NCBI GenBank assembly: GCA_964016885.1
Contig: OZ024742.1
Coordinates: forward strand, 261,454,001 to 261,518,000
Reading direction: 5' to 3'
Length of the DNA: 64,000 nt
From: Eledone cirrhosa
Lineage: Eukaryota
Position numbers and translations under genes: made by a program. Of the stretch, positions 26,851 to 41,000 are shown piece by piece. The stretch's first letter is position 1, and every line of letters starts with the position of its first letter. The notes under the pieces are model-generated. The model was not told the DNA's origin. It saw only the letters and a program-made list of their open reading frames with translations, and did not search any database.

Positions 26851-29575
26851 AGCTACTCCAATGCTGATCTAAAACTTTATTTACCGACCACAAAAGGATG
26901 AAAGTTAACCTCGGGATTTCAACTGAGATCAAATACCGAGGCACTTAATGCGACGTACTAACGACTCTCAATTCACCGCCTATATCGATAGTAACAATCA
27001 GGAAAAGAGAGCAAATATTGAAAGTAATAAAGAATATGTGAGCCAAGCAAGTGATATCAGAGATTACTATGGGCACCGATAACAAAGATGAAATATTTTG
27101 GAATTACTGTCTGATCTGAGTCAGCTACATTAGTAAGACTACACCTGTGGTGGACGGAGATCTTTGAATTAAACGCTAGTACAAAAGAAAGTTTTTTGTC
27201 ACTAACAATCCTACGGTTTCCTAGCAAAACATCGTTAGCTTCTTTCTTTTATGTAACAAAAATATTGTACAAGAGAATGGCTGCAGTAAATTGACAATAG
27301 CTGTGTTTCACAGGCTTCTACTTCAAATGTTCTAACTGGTTCCGAATACAGTTCAGAAAGCAATGGTGCTTTGAAGCCGGGATTGTATTTCTCTTTAGGT
27401 ATCTTGACAAATGAAATGGGGAAGAAAATGAAGAAAATATATTCCTGAATGACTTCAAGTGTGATAAACTAACTACAACCGTCACTCGCAATCGAGTATG
27501 ACTTGGTAGTATGTACTATGCTGTCGTTAAAGGATTTAAGTACCCATGCAGTCGCGAGGAGACATACACTCTCGAAAATCTAGGATGTGACTGTTGGTGG
27601 GAGAGAAGACTATACCAACACCGGGTTGTACTATCTTTATTGACTTCGAAAGGATGAAATGAATACTGAACCTCGGCGGATTTTAAACTCAGAACTCAGA
27701 GACACGAAACAAATCGACCGCCTTAAAAATGATGAACCTGGGTGTAACACATGTGAAAACATAAACGATCTTAGACTTTTCACTTTTAAGGGTTTGAAGC
27801 TGTTAAATGAATGACAGATGTAGCAAGTATTCTAATATGGAGACGATTGAAGTAGACGCTTAAAATATCTCAGAAAAATATGTATATCACAAACTATCAA
27901 AAATCGACACTGCTGTTCTAGCTGTCTAATACAGAGCTAGTGAAGACACTCGTGGGAAATGATCAGACATTATCGGGATTATTTGCATCTAAAATCAAGT
28001 TGTTCACATTTTTCGTTCTGCATATCATTTAGTTCAGAATGAGAGACCATATCTTTATCAATTTGTCTTGCTGGAACTTTAAAAGAAAAATGTTTTTGAT
28101 GTTAGAATTTGACTACATTTCCACACTAGGTCTACTGAGATAATTGATTATATAGCCATTAATATAAACATGAAATTTTGCTTGCATATCGAGCAGATAA
28201 ATGATAAAATTTCTGTCCTCATTGATGAACACCGTAATAGTTTATTTAAAATGCAAATGTTATAAGAAAAGTGATCTCTAATCTATGTTTTTAGGCCTAA
28301 TCGAACCGTTTGATCACAATGCTGTAACTATTCTCAGCATCTATTGAACTGTCTTATCAAGCATGAGTTCGATGGCGCTTACTTGAAAGTGAAACTTGTA
28401 GCATTCGTTAGTGATGAGGGTGAGCGTAATGTGTGGTGTCGAATCATATGATGCAATTCTTTTTAAAGAACAATTAACCTGTTCTAAAAATCTACCGTCT
28501 TAATCACAGATTAGAAGTTGCAGTAGATGGTTCGTTAGGGAAATTTCACGAAATTAATGATTTTCAATCATTTATAGATAAATTGATCATCTCTAAATCA
28601 AAAAGAACTATCTAAATGTGCCTCTCAACCTCTCAACTATGATAATTAATCTACAAAATAAGCTGTATTGTGTTCTAAGCACCAGCTTCCTCGTTTTTAA
28701 CCGTTTCAGCTTTGTGGAGAAATTTGACAGAACAATAAAAAGAAAGAATACAAAAAAAAGCAATGAAATAAAGGACTGTTGAAAAAACCCTCTTCATAAC
28801 ATATTCTATTGGGTGTATCCTTAATGTACGGTATGTTGCATGAACTTGGTTTACTGTCAGTGTTTGAAGAAAATCCATTTCTACTATTGTCTCTGAAAAC
28901 AAATTGATCTAAGGGAACATAAGATCACTGGATAGACAGAAATAATATCTTGGTAAAAAAAAAACACTAGAGGCTCAAGTGGGAGTTGAAAAGCAAAAAG
29001 TTTTTTTAAATTACCTTAACAACCAACAACAAAAACTGTTTCCATTACCCAATACAGTTTCTTGCTAATCTTATAAACAATTTGTAGCACCGTATATTCA
29101 CTATAGTATAGGCGCTGAATTTCACCCTTTCGAGGACAATAAAAAAGTACTAGTCCAGTACTCTCTCTCTCTCTCTCCCCCTCTCTCTTTCTCTCTATCT
29201 CTCTCTCTCTCTATCTGTCTATCTCTATCTATCTATCTATCTCAAATAAGTTGGGTTAGGACTTAGAGAGTGATGAGACATGCCAGGTTTTAAATGCCTA
29301 AGACATGTTATATGTCACAAAGGAGTTACGGTTCCATACATGCATATTCAAGATAATAACTTTGATTAGTTCTCAAACCGCCCAATCACAATTATTCAGG
29401 ATAACATTCTTGATGTTCTCAAATCTCTGAATCTCAAAGTATGTATAAATACCTGTTAATTGAAATACGTGTTGTTGATAAAGGCTGCTTACCGGCTGAG
29501 ATGACGCCTAATTGTGGAGAAACTGCAGCATCACCTCTCTAAAGATATTTAAGCTTCTTTCCTCCTCTATAATAG

Positions 29576-29810
29576 TGGAGGCGCTTGGCCTAGTTCTAAG
29601 GGTGTTGGGCTGAGGATCATGTCATGGGTTCGATTCCTGAGCAAAACACTTCGTTTCACAGTGCTCCGGCTGAAAATGAGTACCAGCAAAAGCTGCGATG
29701 GACTGGCACCCTAGCTAGGAGGAGAGTTATATACTCTCAGTCCCTTCACGCCGCGGAAACCGGGATAAGCACCAGCATGATGAGCTTCCAGACTCGAGAC
29801 AGACTTTAGA
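29576..29810 (+). mobile_element. tRNA-derived SINE
   Basis: Similar to 18908-19160. Confidence 0.7.
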
Positions 29811-29999
29811 ACTCTTCTATAATAGATCACTTTATGTAAATGATCGTAAGGTGTCGTATTTCCTCCAAGATTTACACCCATTACTGAGGTGTTCAAAACT
29901 TATTCATTTCATTGTTGCTGATGAGAGTTGGGATTCATTCACATGAGCTTGTTCATAACATCAACAACACGCTCAAGATACTTTTAAATTAAATTATAT

Positions 30000-30440
<441 letters not shown>

Positions 30441-30937
30441 ACAATCAGCGCTTAAGTGTGTTAAACTACACATACCTTCTAGTTTAATGGAATTCTTAGC
30501 TGTATGCCACATCATGGTTGTAGTACGACAGATCAGTAGATGACACCAGGATCTCCCGAATATAAATTACGCCTCAGCCTCTATGGCAGTAGCCCCGACA
30601 TGGGAGCCCCACAGGATGTGGGGGGGGGGGGGCAATTTGAAAATGATGTTAATGAAAACAAACTTCAGGTATTACCTTTATACCCAGGCAACTTTAGAAC
30701 ACATTACTGTCGGATACTCCTATCTCACCTCCTCCACACATGTTATTGTGCATCGTGCGCCACCTATACGCCAATTTGTTTACACTTTGCAGTTGATCAT
30801 TGCTGTATTCATATCAAAAGGAGCCATAACAATTTTTGAGATGTTGAGGTGGAACATGTTGGGCATTTAAATTAGTAAAATACGTGAATACCATCTTTTT
30901 TCTTAACGGTGTGTGTGTATGCATGTGTAGGTATGTC

Positions 30938-31003
<66 letters not shown>

Positions 31004-31207
31004 CATAAAAAGCATGCTGTTTCCAACAGCTGGTAGATACACTAAACCGACTGTAGGCATTGACCATGCAGTGAGTCAGACATTTGCCATATACAGATTT
31101 CACGATGGAAGTAGATGTTTTCAAGAAACATCTTGAGATTTTGCTGTCTAAGATCCCAGGTGAACAAGGAACGCGAATAGGGCAGCAGTGTCAAACTTTG
31201 CCATTAA

Positions 31208-31428
31208 CCTTGTAGCATTTACATTACTCTATATATACTATTGTATTTTCACAGTAAACACTTTATTTCACATAATTATTTCACATAATATCGAATCTAT
31301 GAAATTTTGATGTTATTCATTTTGAGTACAATACCTTATCATCAGTATGAGCGGCCAGTTATGGCCGGTTTGACCAGAAAGAGGTGAAAGAATTCTGGCT
31401 GGATATGGCCGGTTTAAATGCTAAAGAG
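31208..31428. mobile_element. piggyBac-type MITE
   Basis: TTAA on both sides (31204-31207 and 31429-31432). Imperfect TIRs ccttgtagcattta / taaatgctaaagag. Confidence 0.7.
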
Positions 31429-31807
31429 TTAATCAATGGCCAGCAAAAAAAGGATGCTCATAGAAAGTGTAGCAATTGTAAGTAATAAATGCGTCTGATA
31501 ATTCGTTTTACTTTGCGAGCCTCTTTCAGTCTTGGCTATTGCAGTCTGTAAGCTATTCTGTTACCTCAACTAATCGCGCAAGAAAACCTCACAATATCCC
31601 TACATGAATGAAGTTTGTGTGTGTGTGTGTGTGCGCGTGCGCGCGTTTGTCTGTCTGTGTGTGTGTGTGTGTGCAAACATTTGATACAGGGTGTGTCAAA
31701 AAATACAAACATGAATATGCATGCAGACATTTAATACAGTATGGTCAACACTCATATACAACATAAAAAAGAAGAAATAATTGTTCTAGACAACTAAAAG
31801 CTCAGTT

Positions 31808-32086
31808 TTATTGTGTCAGTGCTTTCCTTTTTTTTTCTTTTTTTTTAGGTCGTGGCGGGGGCTCTTTTTGTGGGGTGAGTATGTTGTCGTCTCCTGTTTG
31901 GAAGTTGGTATGTTGTCTGTTGTTATTTGATAGATGTAGTAGTTCTGGGTGATCGATAACAATAGGAGGGTTGTCCTGGTTTTTCTGGTGTGCAGCGTTA
32001 GCAACTATCATGATGGGTTGAAGGGCACCAGACGGCGTTGTTGTTGGCGAAGATGAAGAAGCAATTCTTCGGGTCTGTGGCATGTC
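31808..32086 (-). CDS. Candidate terminal coding exon of unknown gene
   Basis: Acceptor-like ttttactgcag precedes a non-repetitive ORF (DMPQTRR...EPPPRPKKKEKKRKALTQ*) with a basic, NLS-like end. No recognisable domain. Confidence 0.35.
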   Translation of the reverse strand, partial: DMPQTRRIASSSSPTTTPSGALQPIMIVANAAHQKNQDNPPIVIDHPELLHLSNNNRQHTNFQTGDDNILTPQKEPPPRPKKKEKKRKALTQ

Positions 32087-33575
32087 CTGCAGTAAAATGT
32101 CTGGTCACCAATTGAAGCGAAGTTTTGGGGTTGTTATTAAGGAGGATGGTAAACACGGCAAATAAAATAATTTATAACTTTACTTCACTTCAGCAAAAAG
32201 GAAAAAGAATATGGTAACTTCGAATCATAAAAATAAAAATATAAAGTTTGATGGTAGCACTGACAAATGAATATAGTATTACAAAAAGGCTTTTGTGTTA
32301 TGCTAGAAAATCTTTGTTTAATATACTATGCTCGATTACAAAGTGACAAGTTGTAGTCAGACAGTATTATCAGCATAGATAGTAGTAAGCTCGCAGTGCA
32401 AGGAAACTGTGTTGTCTATATGATGAGGCAAATGATTCTGTGAAGCTGAAATGCCGATGGAAGAATTGCCCTTGTCGATAGGACCGAAGATTTTTTGCTA
32501 AGTACTACATCTCGCTACTTGTTTGAGCCACCAGAGTCGAATGACCTCGAAAAAAATTTATCCCACTTCACCTCAAGCTGGTCAGCCTCTCCAGACTACT
32601 GACGTCAACAGAGATAAAGAGAAATAGCAACCAGATGACATTCGGGGGTTAGTATGTGCGAAGGGATTTCGCTACATACGTACATTTATATATTAAAAAA
32701 GGCATGCGTAGGTAGCTTAATACTCGCCAAATATATATATATATAAATGTATATATAAAAATATGTATATAAAACATATGTATATAAAAAAACAAAACTA
32801 TTTTTCATCTAGACGCAGGGTAATATTGTAGATTATTTATTTACTTAAGTGTAATATCTAATTTCAGTTTCTTTAAATTAATAATTGTAATATTGGCTTT
32901 TATATACATATTTTATATTTGGTGAGCATTAACGTCCCTACGCATACCTATTTTTAATATATAAATGTACATAATTTTGGAAAATATTTGTTTAATTATC
33001 TATCCTTCTATTTTTATTTTTATTTTTATTTATTACATCATAAACAATATTAATACTTATATAAAAAGTTTGGTACTTATGTTTTCCTGTAAAAGTTTTT
33101 CTTTGTGTCGTTGGAAGTGTCAATGAAAAAAAAATATTCATATGAAATTAAATTTCATTACCATTTATTATTATATTTATATGTTTAACGTATAATTGAT
33201 TAACTACCGTCCTCCTTATTTCTAGTCAATATACACATATATGTTCTCACATCATATTGTATATGAAGGTATTGTAAATATTTTCCTTTTTTTTAAATCC
33301 TATATGTCTGTTAATGTACGGATCTATACTGCTTTTGGTTTGCTTTTGCCTTTGCTTATGCTTCTGTTTTGCTATGCATTTTTGTTGGTATGGTATGAGC
33401 CTTTTCCGTTGTGTGGAGTTATCTCATGTATATAATACAGTTGACACTTCGAACAATATCTGGACTCCTGAGAATATGTAGAGCGCTGACCAAATACCAC
33501 GTATATATCGTGGTATGGTCCACCGCTCGATATGTAGAATAAAAATGTTTCAAGTAAAACTTGGTTCTTTTTTCT

Positions 33576-33617
<42 letters not shown>

Positions 33618-33635
33618 GGATAAACGCTTCATTTG

Positions 33636-33763
<128 letters not shown>

Positions 33764-33860
33764 AAAACCCCCAGTTGATGGATGTGAAATCCGAAATATA
33801 GGGACTATTAAATCACTTCCAAGGTAACTCTATCTCATGTTATTATTTTTACACTTTACC

Positions 33861-34049
33861 ATAGGCGTTGGATCGGCAGTACCGGTAGAGAATCGGATAC
33901 CATGCTTTGAAGCATAGGGTTACGTCCCTTTATGATCTGAGTTCAACTCCCGCCGCGGTTAATTTTGCCTTTCATCCTTACGGGGTCGATAAAATAAAGT
34001 ACTAGTAATACACTGGTTAATTGCTGGCCTTGTGCCAAAAGTAGAAACA
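33861..34049 (+). mobile_element. SINE with 19-bp target-site duplication
   Basis: attatttttacactttacc at 33842-33860 and 34050-34068 flanks a full copy of the 15418-type SINE. Confidence 0.85.
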
Positions 34050-34192
34050 ATTATTTTTACACTTTACCTACGTTCTTCTCTCTGCGTCTCTTTCTAAGCT
34101 TCCTCTTACACCTCTCTCTCATTACCACCTGATTCTGTTACCCAGACATTTACCCATCTGCATTGTTGAGGTTTCCAAAACGACTATTTATA

Positions 34193-34230
<38 letters not shown>

Positions 34231-34275
34231 CCTTATCGAGCCCTCTTCAGATTTTAGTCTTCACATTTATTATTA

Positions 34276-34350
<75 letters not shown>

Positions 34351-34352
<2 letters not shown>

Positions 34353-34559
34353 CGAAGGAAATGTGGTAAGGAACCAGGTGGACCATAACGCACCAAAGTA
34401 CTCAATACTTGGGGTAGTAGAGTGGGTAATAGGAACCAGTAAGACCCCGACGGCTGAGCTCAAGCCGTTTCGACGGCTAATTCTGGACTTCGACGGCTAA
34501 TTCAGTCCAGAATTAGCCGTCGAAACGGCTTGAGCTCAGCCGTCGGGGTCTTACTGGTT

Positions 34560-34564
<5 letters not shown>
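34351..34564. mobile_element. pLTR-like fragment with terminal foldback, embedded in (TA)n
   Basis: Inverted arms at 34429-34489 and 34504-34564. Same family as 50191-50348. Confidence 0.8.
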
Positions 34565-34628
<64 letters not shown>

Positions 34629-35399
34629 CAGATACCATTTTCAGTCTGGCTTTACAGGTGGTGGCCAAACACAGCCCATTACCCTCAAAATGATGCTGTT
34701 GTCCACACTGACCCATCGAAACAAGCTGGATCTGGTGTTAGTAATCATGCACCAATAGAATTGCTAAATGCAGCAATATATATTTCAAATGGGACGAAGT
34801 TCCCTGAATATGAGGCTCTGCGCTGTAACCTACTTAGTGCATTTATAAATCTTGTTCTGGGTAGTAGACTTAAACTGTGGTGTATTTAACACCCTTGGGA
34901 GCCTTTTGAGATTTCACTCTGTTGCAAGCATCAGAGAAAGACTTCTGGTTTGGAGCGACCCCTCTCCTCTCTCTCTCTCTCTCTGCTGGTCTCAGCAGAG
35001 GCCTTCAAAAATGTATGGGCAATTGCCTTTCTCAATATATATATATATATATTGACTGTTACCCAGACTCTTTGAAGGCAAAGTGAAATGATTTAAAAGA
35101 AACATTATTTCAATCCTGGACACAGTGTTACCTAAAGTCCCTTTGAAAATAGAGTGAAGTGATTGAAGAATAGTTATTGCAACAATACTATTCGTACCGT
35201 TATCCAGGATTTAAATAAACATTATCTCAAAACTGCACCTGGTTCCGGACAATGTTCAACCTCACCCCGATACAGTAACTGTTCATTACTGACATAATAT
35301 ATCCTATAGTTAATCAATGACAAATACACATGTATAGTAAAATATCATATGACACACATGACAGGTGAAATTTGCTTCCATCTCTCTCTATTATGAGCA

Positions 35400-35610
35400 A
35401 ACGGGGTCCCACGTGCCGGCTGCCCCACATCCCCGGCGGACAGAATGGAGAAGGCGTTTCCCCGGAGGATGGTTAGGGAGATGCCCTGGAAGAGCCATTC
35501 CAGCTCACACCTGCGCCCATGGTGGTAAGTAGGGAGGTAGCCCTAGGGCCAAGGACACCAGATGTCTCCACTGCCAAGGGCACGACCGCAAGTAACTGTT
35601 CATCGTAGCA
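35400..35610 (-). pseudogene. 3' end of a CRE-like non-LTR retrotransposon (RLE C-terminus)
   Basis: VPLAVETSGVLGPRATSLL, then after a frameshift ELEWLFQGISLTILRGNAFSI. This matches the P.AVET.G ... QR.S.AI.RGNA pattern of CRE-type elements. Confidence 0.75.
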
Positions 35611-36624
35611 GGCTAAACGTACTGAGAACCTGGACATTTGGAGAGGAGATGGGCAACGCCAAGTATTTATAAGATCCACTGAAATGATATGATGAACATA
35701 CAGTCAAAGGTCTAGAGTGGCACCCCATCGACTGGCTGTACCAGTTGCAGTAATTTGATTGATTGATTTTTCCTAACATTGCAGATCAATTACTCTGGAA
35801 AAAATGACACGCTGACACCACGAACAATTTCAACAAGATAGAACTAATAAAAAAATTAACGAACTAAATATTGAGTCAAGTAGGAAATTTGTAGAAATTT
35901 GTTTTTTTTTCTCGAAATGTCTACAAATTTCATACTTGACGATCCAATATATATATATATATACATGCATACACACATACACTCATGCTCACGCTCATAT
36001 ATATACACACATGCACGCACTCACATATACACAGGCACTCACACATAGACACCCTCCCTACTCACACATACATACACTCGCACACTAATACACACATGTA
36101 CATGCACTCACACATAGACACCATCCTACTCACACATACATACACTCATGCTCACGCACATATATACACACATGCACACACTCACACATGCACACACTCA
36201 CACATGCACACACTCACACATGCACACACTCACACATACACAGGCACTCACACATAGACACCATCCCTCTCACACATACATGCACCCACACACTAATACA
36301 CACTCTCACACACACTCACACGTGGACAGTCACATACACACACTCATACACCAACGGATTCACACTCGCACACAAACACACACAGTTGCGCGAGAAGCTC
36401 ACTTTAGACAAAATAAATCGAAAATCGACATGGAAGTCCCTAATATATAAAACTGTGTCGAATGTGTGTGGGTGTGTCTGTGTGTGTGTACATGTGTGTG
36501 TGTGTCTGAGCATGAGTGTGTGCCTGAGTGTATATGCGAATGTTTAAGTGTGTATGTGCGTGTTTGGGTGGTGGGGGTGGGGGGTTGTGTGTGTAGTGTG
36601 TGTATAGTGTGTATATTATATATG

Positions 36625-36750
36625 TATGCCATTCTGAGTTCAAATCCCGCCGAGGTTAACTTTGCCGTTCATCCTTACAGAGTCGATAAAATAAAGTACC
36701 AGTAATGCACTGGGTAATTGCTGACCTTGTGCCAAAAAGTAGAAACAATT
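36625..36750 (+). mobile_element. 5'-truncated SINE (aaatcccgccgagg family)
   Basis: Shared core and 3' end gtgccaaaaagtagaaacaatt. Confidence 0.75.
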
Positions 36751-38054
36751 ATATATGTATGTGAGTATGCGTGAGTGTGTATGTGTGTGCGAGAAAGAGA
36801 GAAAGTCTGAGTGTGTGTTTGAGAACGTAACTGTGATCATGTGGAGGGGGGGGGGTTAATGAGCGAGGGAATACGAGAGTGTATGTGTAAGTGTATGTGT
36901 AAGTGTATGTGTAAGTGTATGTGTAAGTGTGTGTGTGTGTGTGTGTGTATAAGGAATGGCTGTGTTAAGGAAGGAAGTATTAGAATGATTATTGGGTTTT
37001 GTAGATTGAATTAACCTCATTTTCACCTTTTCTCTCCCATTCTCCTATTCTCTCATTCCCTCCATTCCCTATATTCTCTTTGTTTTCCTATTCACTCATT
37101 CCCTCTATTCCCTCTATTCCCCCATTCCCCCTATTCTCCCATTCTCTCTATTTTCCCATTCTCTCTATTCTCCCATGCATGCTTTTTTGTTTTTTGTTTT
37201 TGTTTTTTGTTTTCGGGGGGGGGGGCGTGTTTTGGGGTGGTTACTGTGGTGAAAGCAAGAAGTCTCACGAACTAAGTTCGTCAGATCGACAAACTATAAG
37301 TTGAGATTACTTTATTTGGGAGAAACGGACATATAACTGCGAAAAGGGGGACATAGTTGGGAAAAGGAGGACATAACTGGGAAAGAAGGCACACATTGTA
37401 GGACTAATCAATAATGCTAACTACCCAGCTGCTATTCCTGTTCTTATCCATAACCGATATTTATTTGTTAATTGTGGTCATCAAGGATATCCTTAAGCCA
37501 TGAATGATATCCATGAATGATCTCCTTTAAGAGTAAGAAATATCCCTCTACTATAATTGAAACAATTTGAAATTCGGAGTATCCTTCGTCAGTCCGTATT
37601 GTCGCTATTTGATGGCTTATTCAGAGAAGAAAGTGCAGCGTTTATGCTCTTTGAAAGGGCTACAACACCATGACCTTTGTAGAGGCCGTGAAGACTTGTA
37701 GGAGCTCCAAGACCGTGACCTCTGTGTGGAGCTCCAAACCTTGCCCTTTATAGAGGCTCTAAGACCGCGACCTTTGAGAGAGATTCAAGACTTCGATCAC
37801 TGCAGAAGCTCGAAAGTCTGCAACATTTGATGGCTCTCTCAGGTCGTGACCTTTGATGGAGTTACGAAAACTTGATCTTTGATGGTGCACTAATGCCGTG
37901 TGTGAACTTCAAAAGATTATTGCCTAAAGGAAACATTATGTTTGTTTCCCCTGTTAGAGGATCTTGAGAGTTATTCATAGCAATATGAGAGAGACCGCAT
38001 AATATTGCCAGGACCAATCAATAGCAATCCGTCAATCCAGCACCCACAAGTATG

Positions 38055-41000
38055 GCACCACACCACCACACCATCTACCACCACACCAACACACCATCTA
38101 CCACCAGAGCACCATACAATCTACCACCACTCCACCACACCATCTACCACCACTCCACCACACCACCACACCATCCACCACCACACCACCGCACCACTAC
38201 ACCACCGCACCACCACACCACTACACCATCCACCACCACACCACCACACGACCACACCATCCACCACCATACCACACACCACCACAACACCGCACCATCC
38301 ACCACCACACCATCACACCATCCACCTTCACACCATCCACCACACCATACACCACCACACCACCACACCACTACACCATCCACCACCACACCATCACACC
38401 ATCCACCTTCACACCATCCACCACCACACCATCACACCATCTACCACCACACCACCACACCATCCACCACCACGCCATCACACCATCCACCACCACTCCA
38501 TCACACCATCCACCACCACACCACCACACCACCACACCACCACACCACCACACCATCCACAGCCACACCACCACAACATCCACCCCCACACCACCACACC
38601 AACACACCACGACACCATGCACCACGATACCACCATACCATCCACCACCACACCATCCACCACCACACCACCACACCATCCACCACCACACCACCACACC
38701 ACCACACCACCACACCACGACACCGTGCACCACCACACCACCACACCACCACACCATCCAACACCACACCACCACACCACCACACCACACCATCATACTA
38801 TCCACCACCACACCATCAAACCATCCACCACCACATCACCAGACTATCCACCACCACACCTTCACACCATCCGCCACCACACCACACCATCCACCACGAC
38901 ACCACACCATACACAGCCACACCACAACACCACCACACGATCCACCACTATTCCACCACGCCACCACACCACCACACCAACACACCACCCACCACCACAC
39001 CAACACACCACTACATCACGACACCATCCACCACACCTACACACCACTACACCACGACACCATCTACCACACCACGACACCACCATACCATACACCACCA
39101 GACCACCCACCATGCACCACCACACCACCACACCACCTCACCATCACACCACACCACCACACCACCACACCATCCATCCCCACACCATCCACAGCCACAC
39201 CACCACACCATCACACCATCACACCATCCACCACCACACCACCACACCACACCATCCGCCACCACACCATCCACAGCGACACCACCACACCATCCCCCAC
39301 CACACCATCCACCACCACACCACCACACCATCCACCACCACACCACCACACCACCACACCACCACACCACCACACCGTGCACCACCACACCACCACACCA
39401 CCACACCATCCAACACCACACCACCACACCACCACACCACACCATCATACTATCCACCACCACACCATCAAACCATCCACCACCACATCACCAGACTATC
39501 CACCACCACACCTTCACACCATCCGCCACCACACCACACCATCCACCACGACACCACACCATACACAGCCACACCACAACACCACCACACGATCCACCAC
39601 TATTCCACCACACCACCACACCACCACACCAACACACCACCCACCACCACACCAACACACCACTACATCACGACACCATCCACCACACCTACACACCACT
39701 ACACCACGACACCATCTACCACACCACGACACCACCATACCATACACCACCAGACCACCCACCATGCACCACCACACCACCACACCACCTCACCACCACA
39801 CCACACCACCACACCATCCATCCCCACACCATCCACAGCCACACCACCACACCATCACACCATCCACCACCACACCACCACACCACACCATCCGCCACCA
39901 CACCATCCACAGCGACACCACCACACCATCCCCCACCACAACATCCACCACCACACCACCACACCATCAACCACCACACCACCACACCATCCCCCACCAC
40001 ACCACCACACCACCACACCACCACACCATCCCCCACCACACCACCACACCACCACACCATCCACCACCACACCACCACACCATCACACCACCATACCACA
40101 CACCACCACACCACCACACCGACCACCACCATACCACTTCACCATGTACCACAACACCAACTACCGCCACACGACCACACCATCCACCACCATACCACAC
40201 ACCACCACAACACCGCACCATCCACCACCATACCACACACCATCACATCACCACACCATCACACCACCACACTACCACACCATCCACCACCATACCACAC
40301 ACCATCACACCACCACATTACAACACCACCACACCACCACACCATCCACCACCACACCCTCACACCACCATACCACACACAGCCACAGCATCATACCACC
40401 ACACCACCACACCACCACACCACCACACCACCACACCATCCTCCACCACACCATCCACCACCAATACACACACCACCACACCATCTACCACCACCTTACC
40501 ACACTACCACACCGCCACACCACCATACCACCATACCACACACCACCACACCACCACACCACCACACCATCCACCATCCACCACCACACCACCACACCAC
40601 CACACCACCACACCACCACATCACCACACAATCCAACACTACACCACCACACCACCACACCATCCACCACCACACCACCACACCACCATCCACCACCACA
40701 CCACCACACCATCCACCACCACGCCACCACACCACCACACCATCCACCACCACACCACCACACCACCACACCACCACACCACCACACCATCCAGCACCAC
40801 ACAACCACACCACCACACCACCACACCATCACACCACCACACGACCACACCACCACACCATCCACCACCACACCACCACATGACCACACCACCACACCAT
40901 CCACCACCACACCACCACACCATCCACCACACCACCACACCACTACACCACGATACCATCCACGACAACACCATACCATCCACCACCAGACCATCCACCA

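Noticed and set aside
28675-28902. 75-aa minus ORF after an acceptor-like ttttcag, considered as the second dispanin exon
   Set aside because: No frame gives the expected CD225 continuation (GD..A...S..A plus a TM helix); unsupported.
35630-35677. Acceptor-like tcatttcag on the minus strand, considered as the dispanin exon 2
   Set aside because: The translation MDLINTWRCP does not fit CD225 and runs into a CRE-like fragment.
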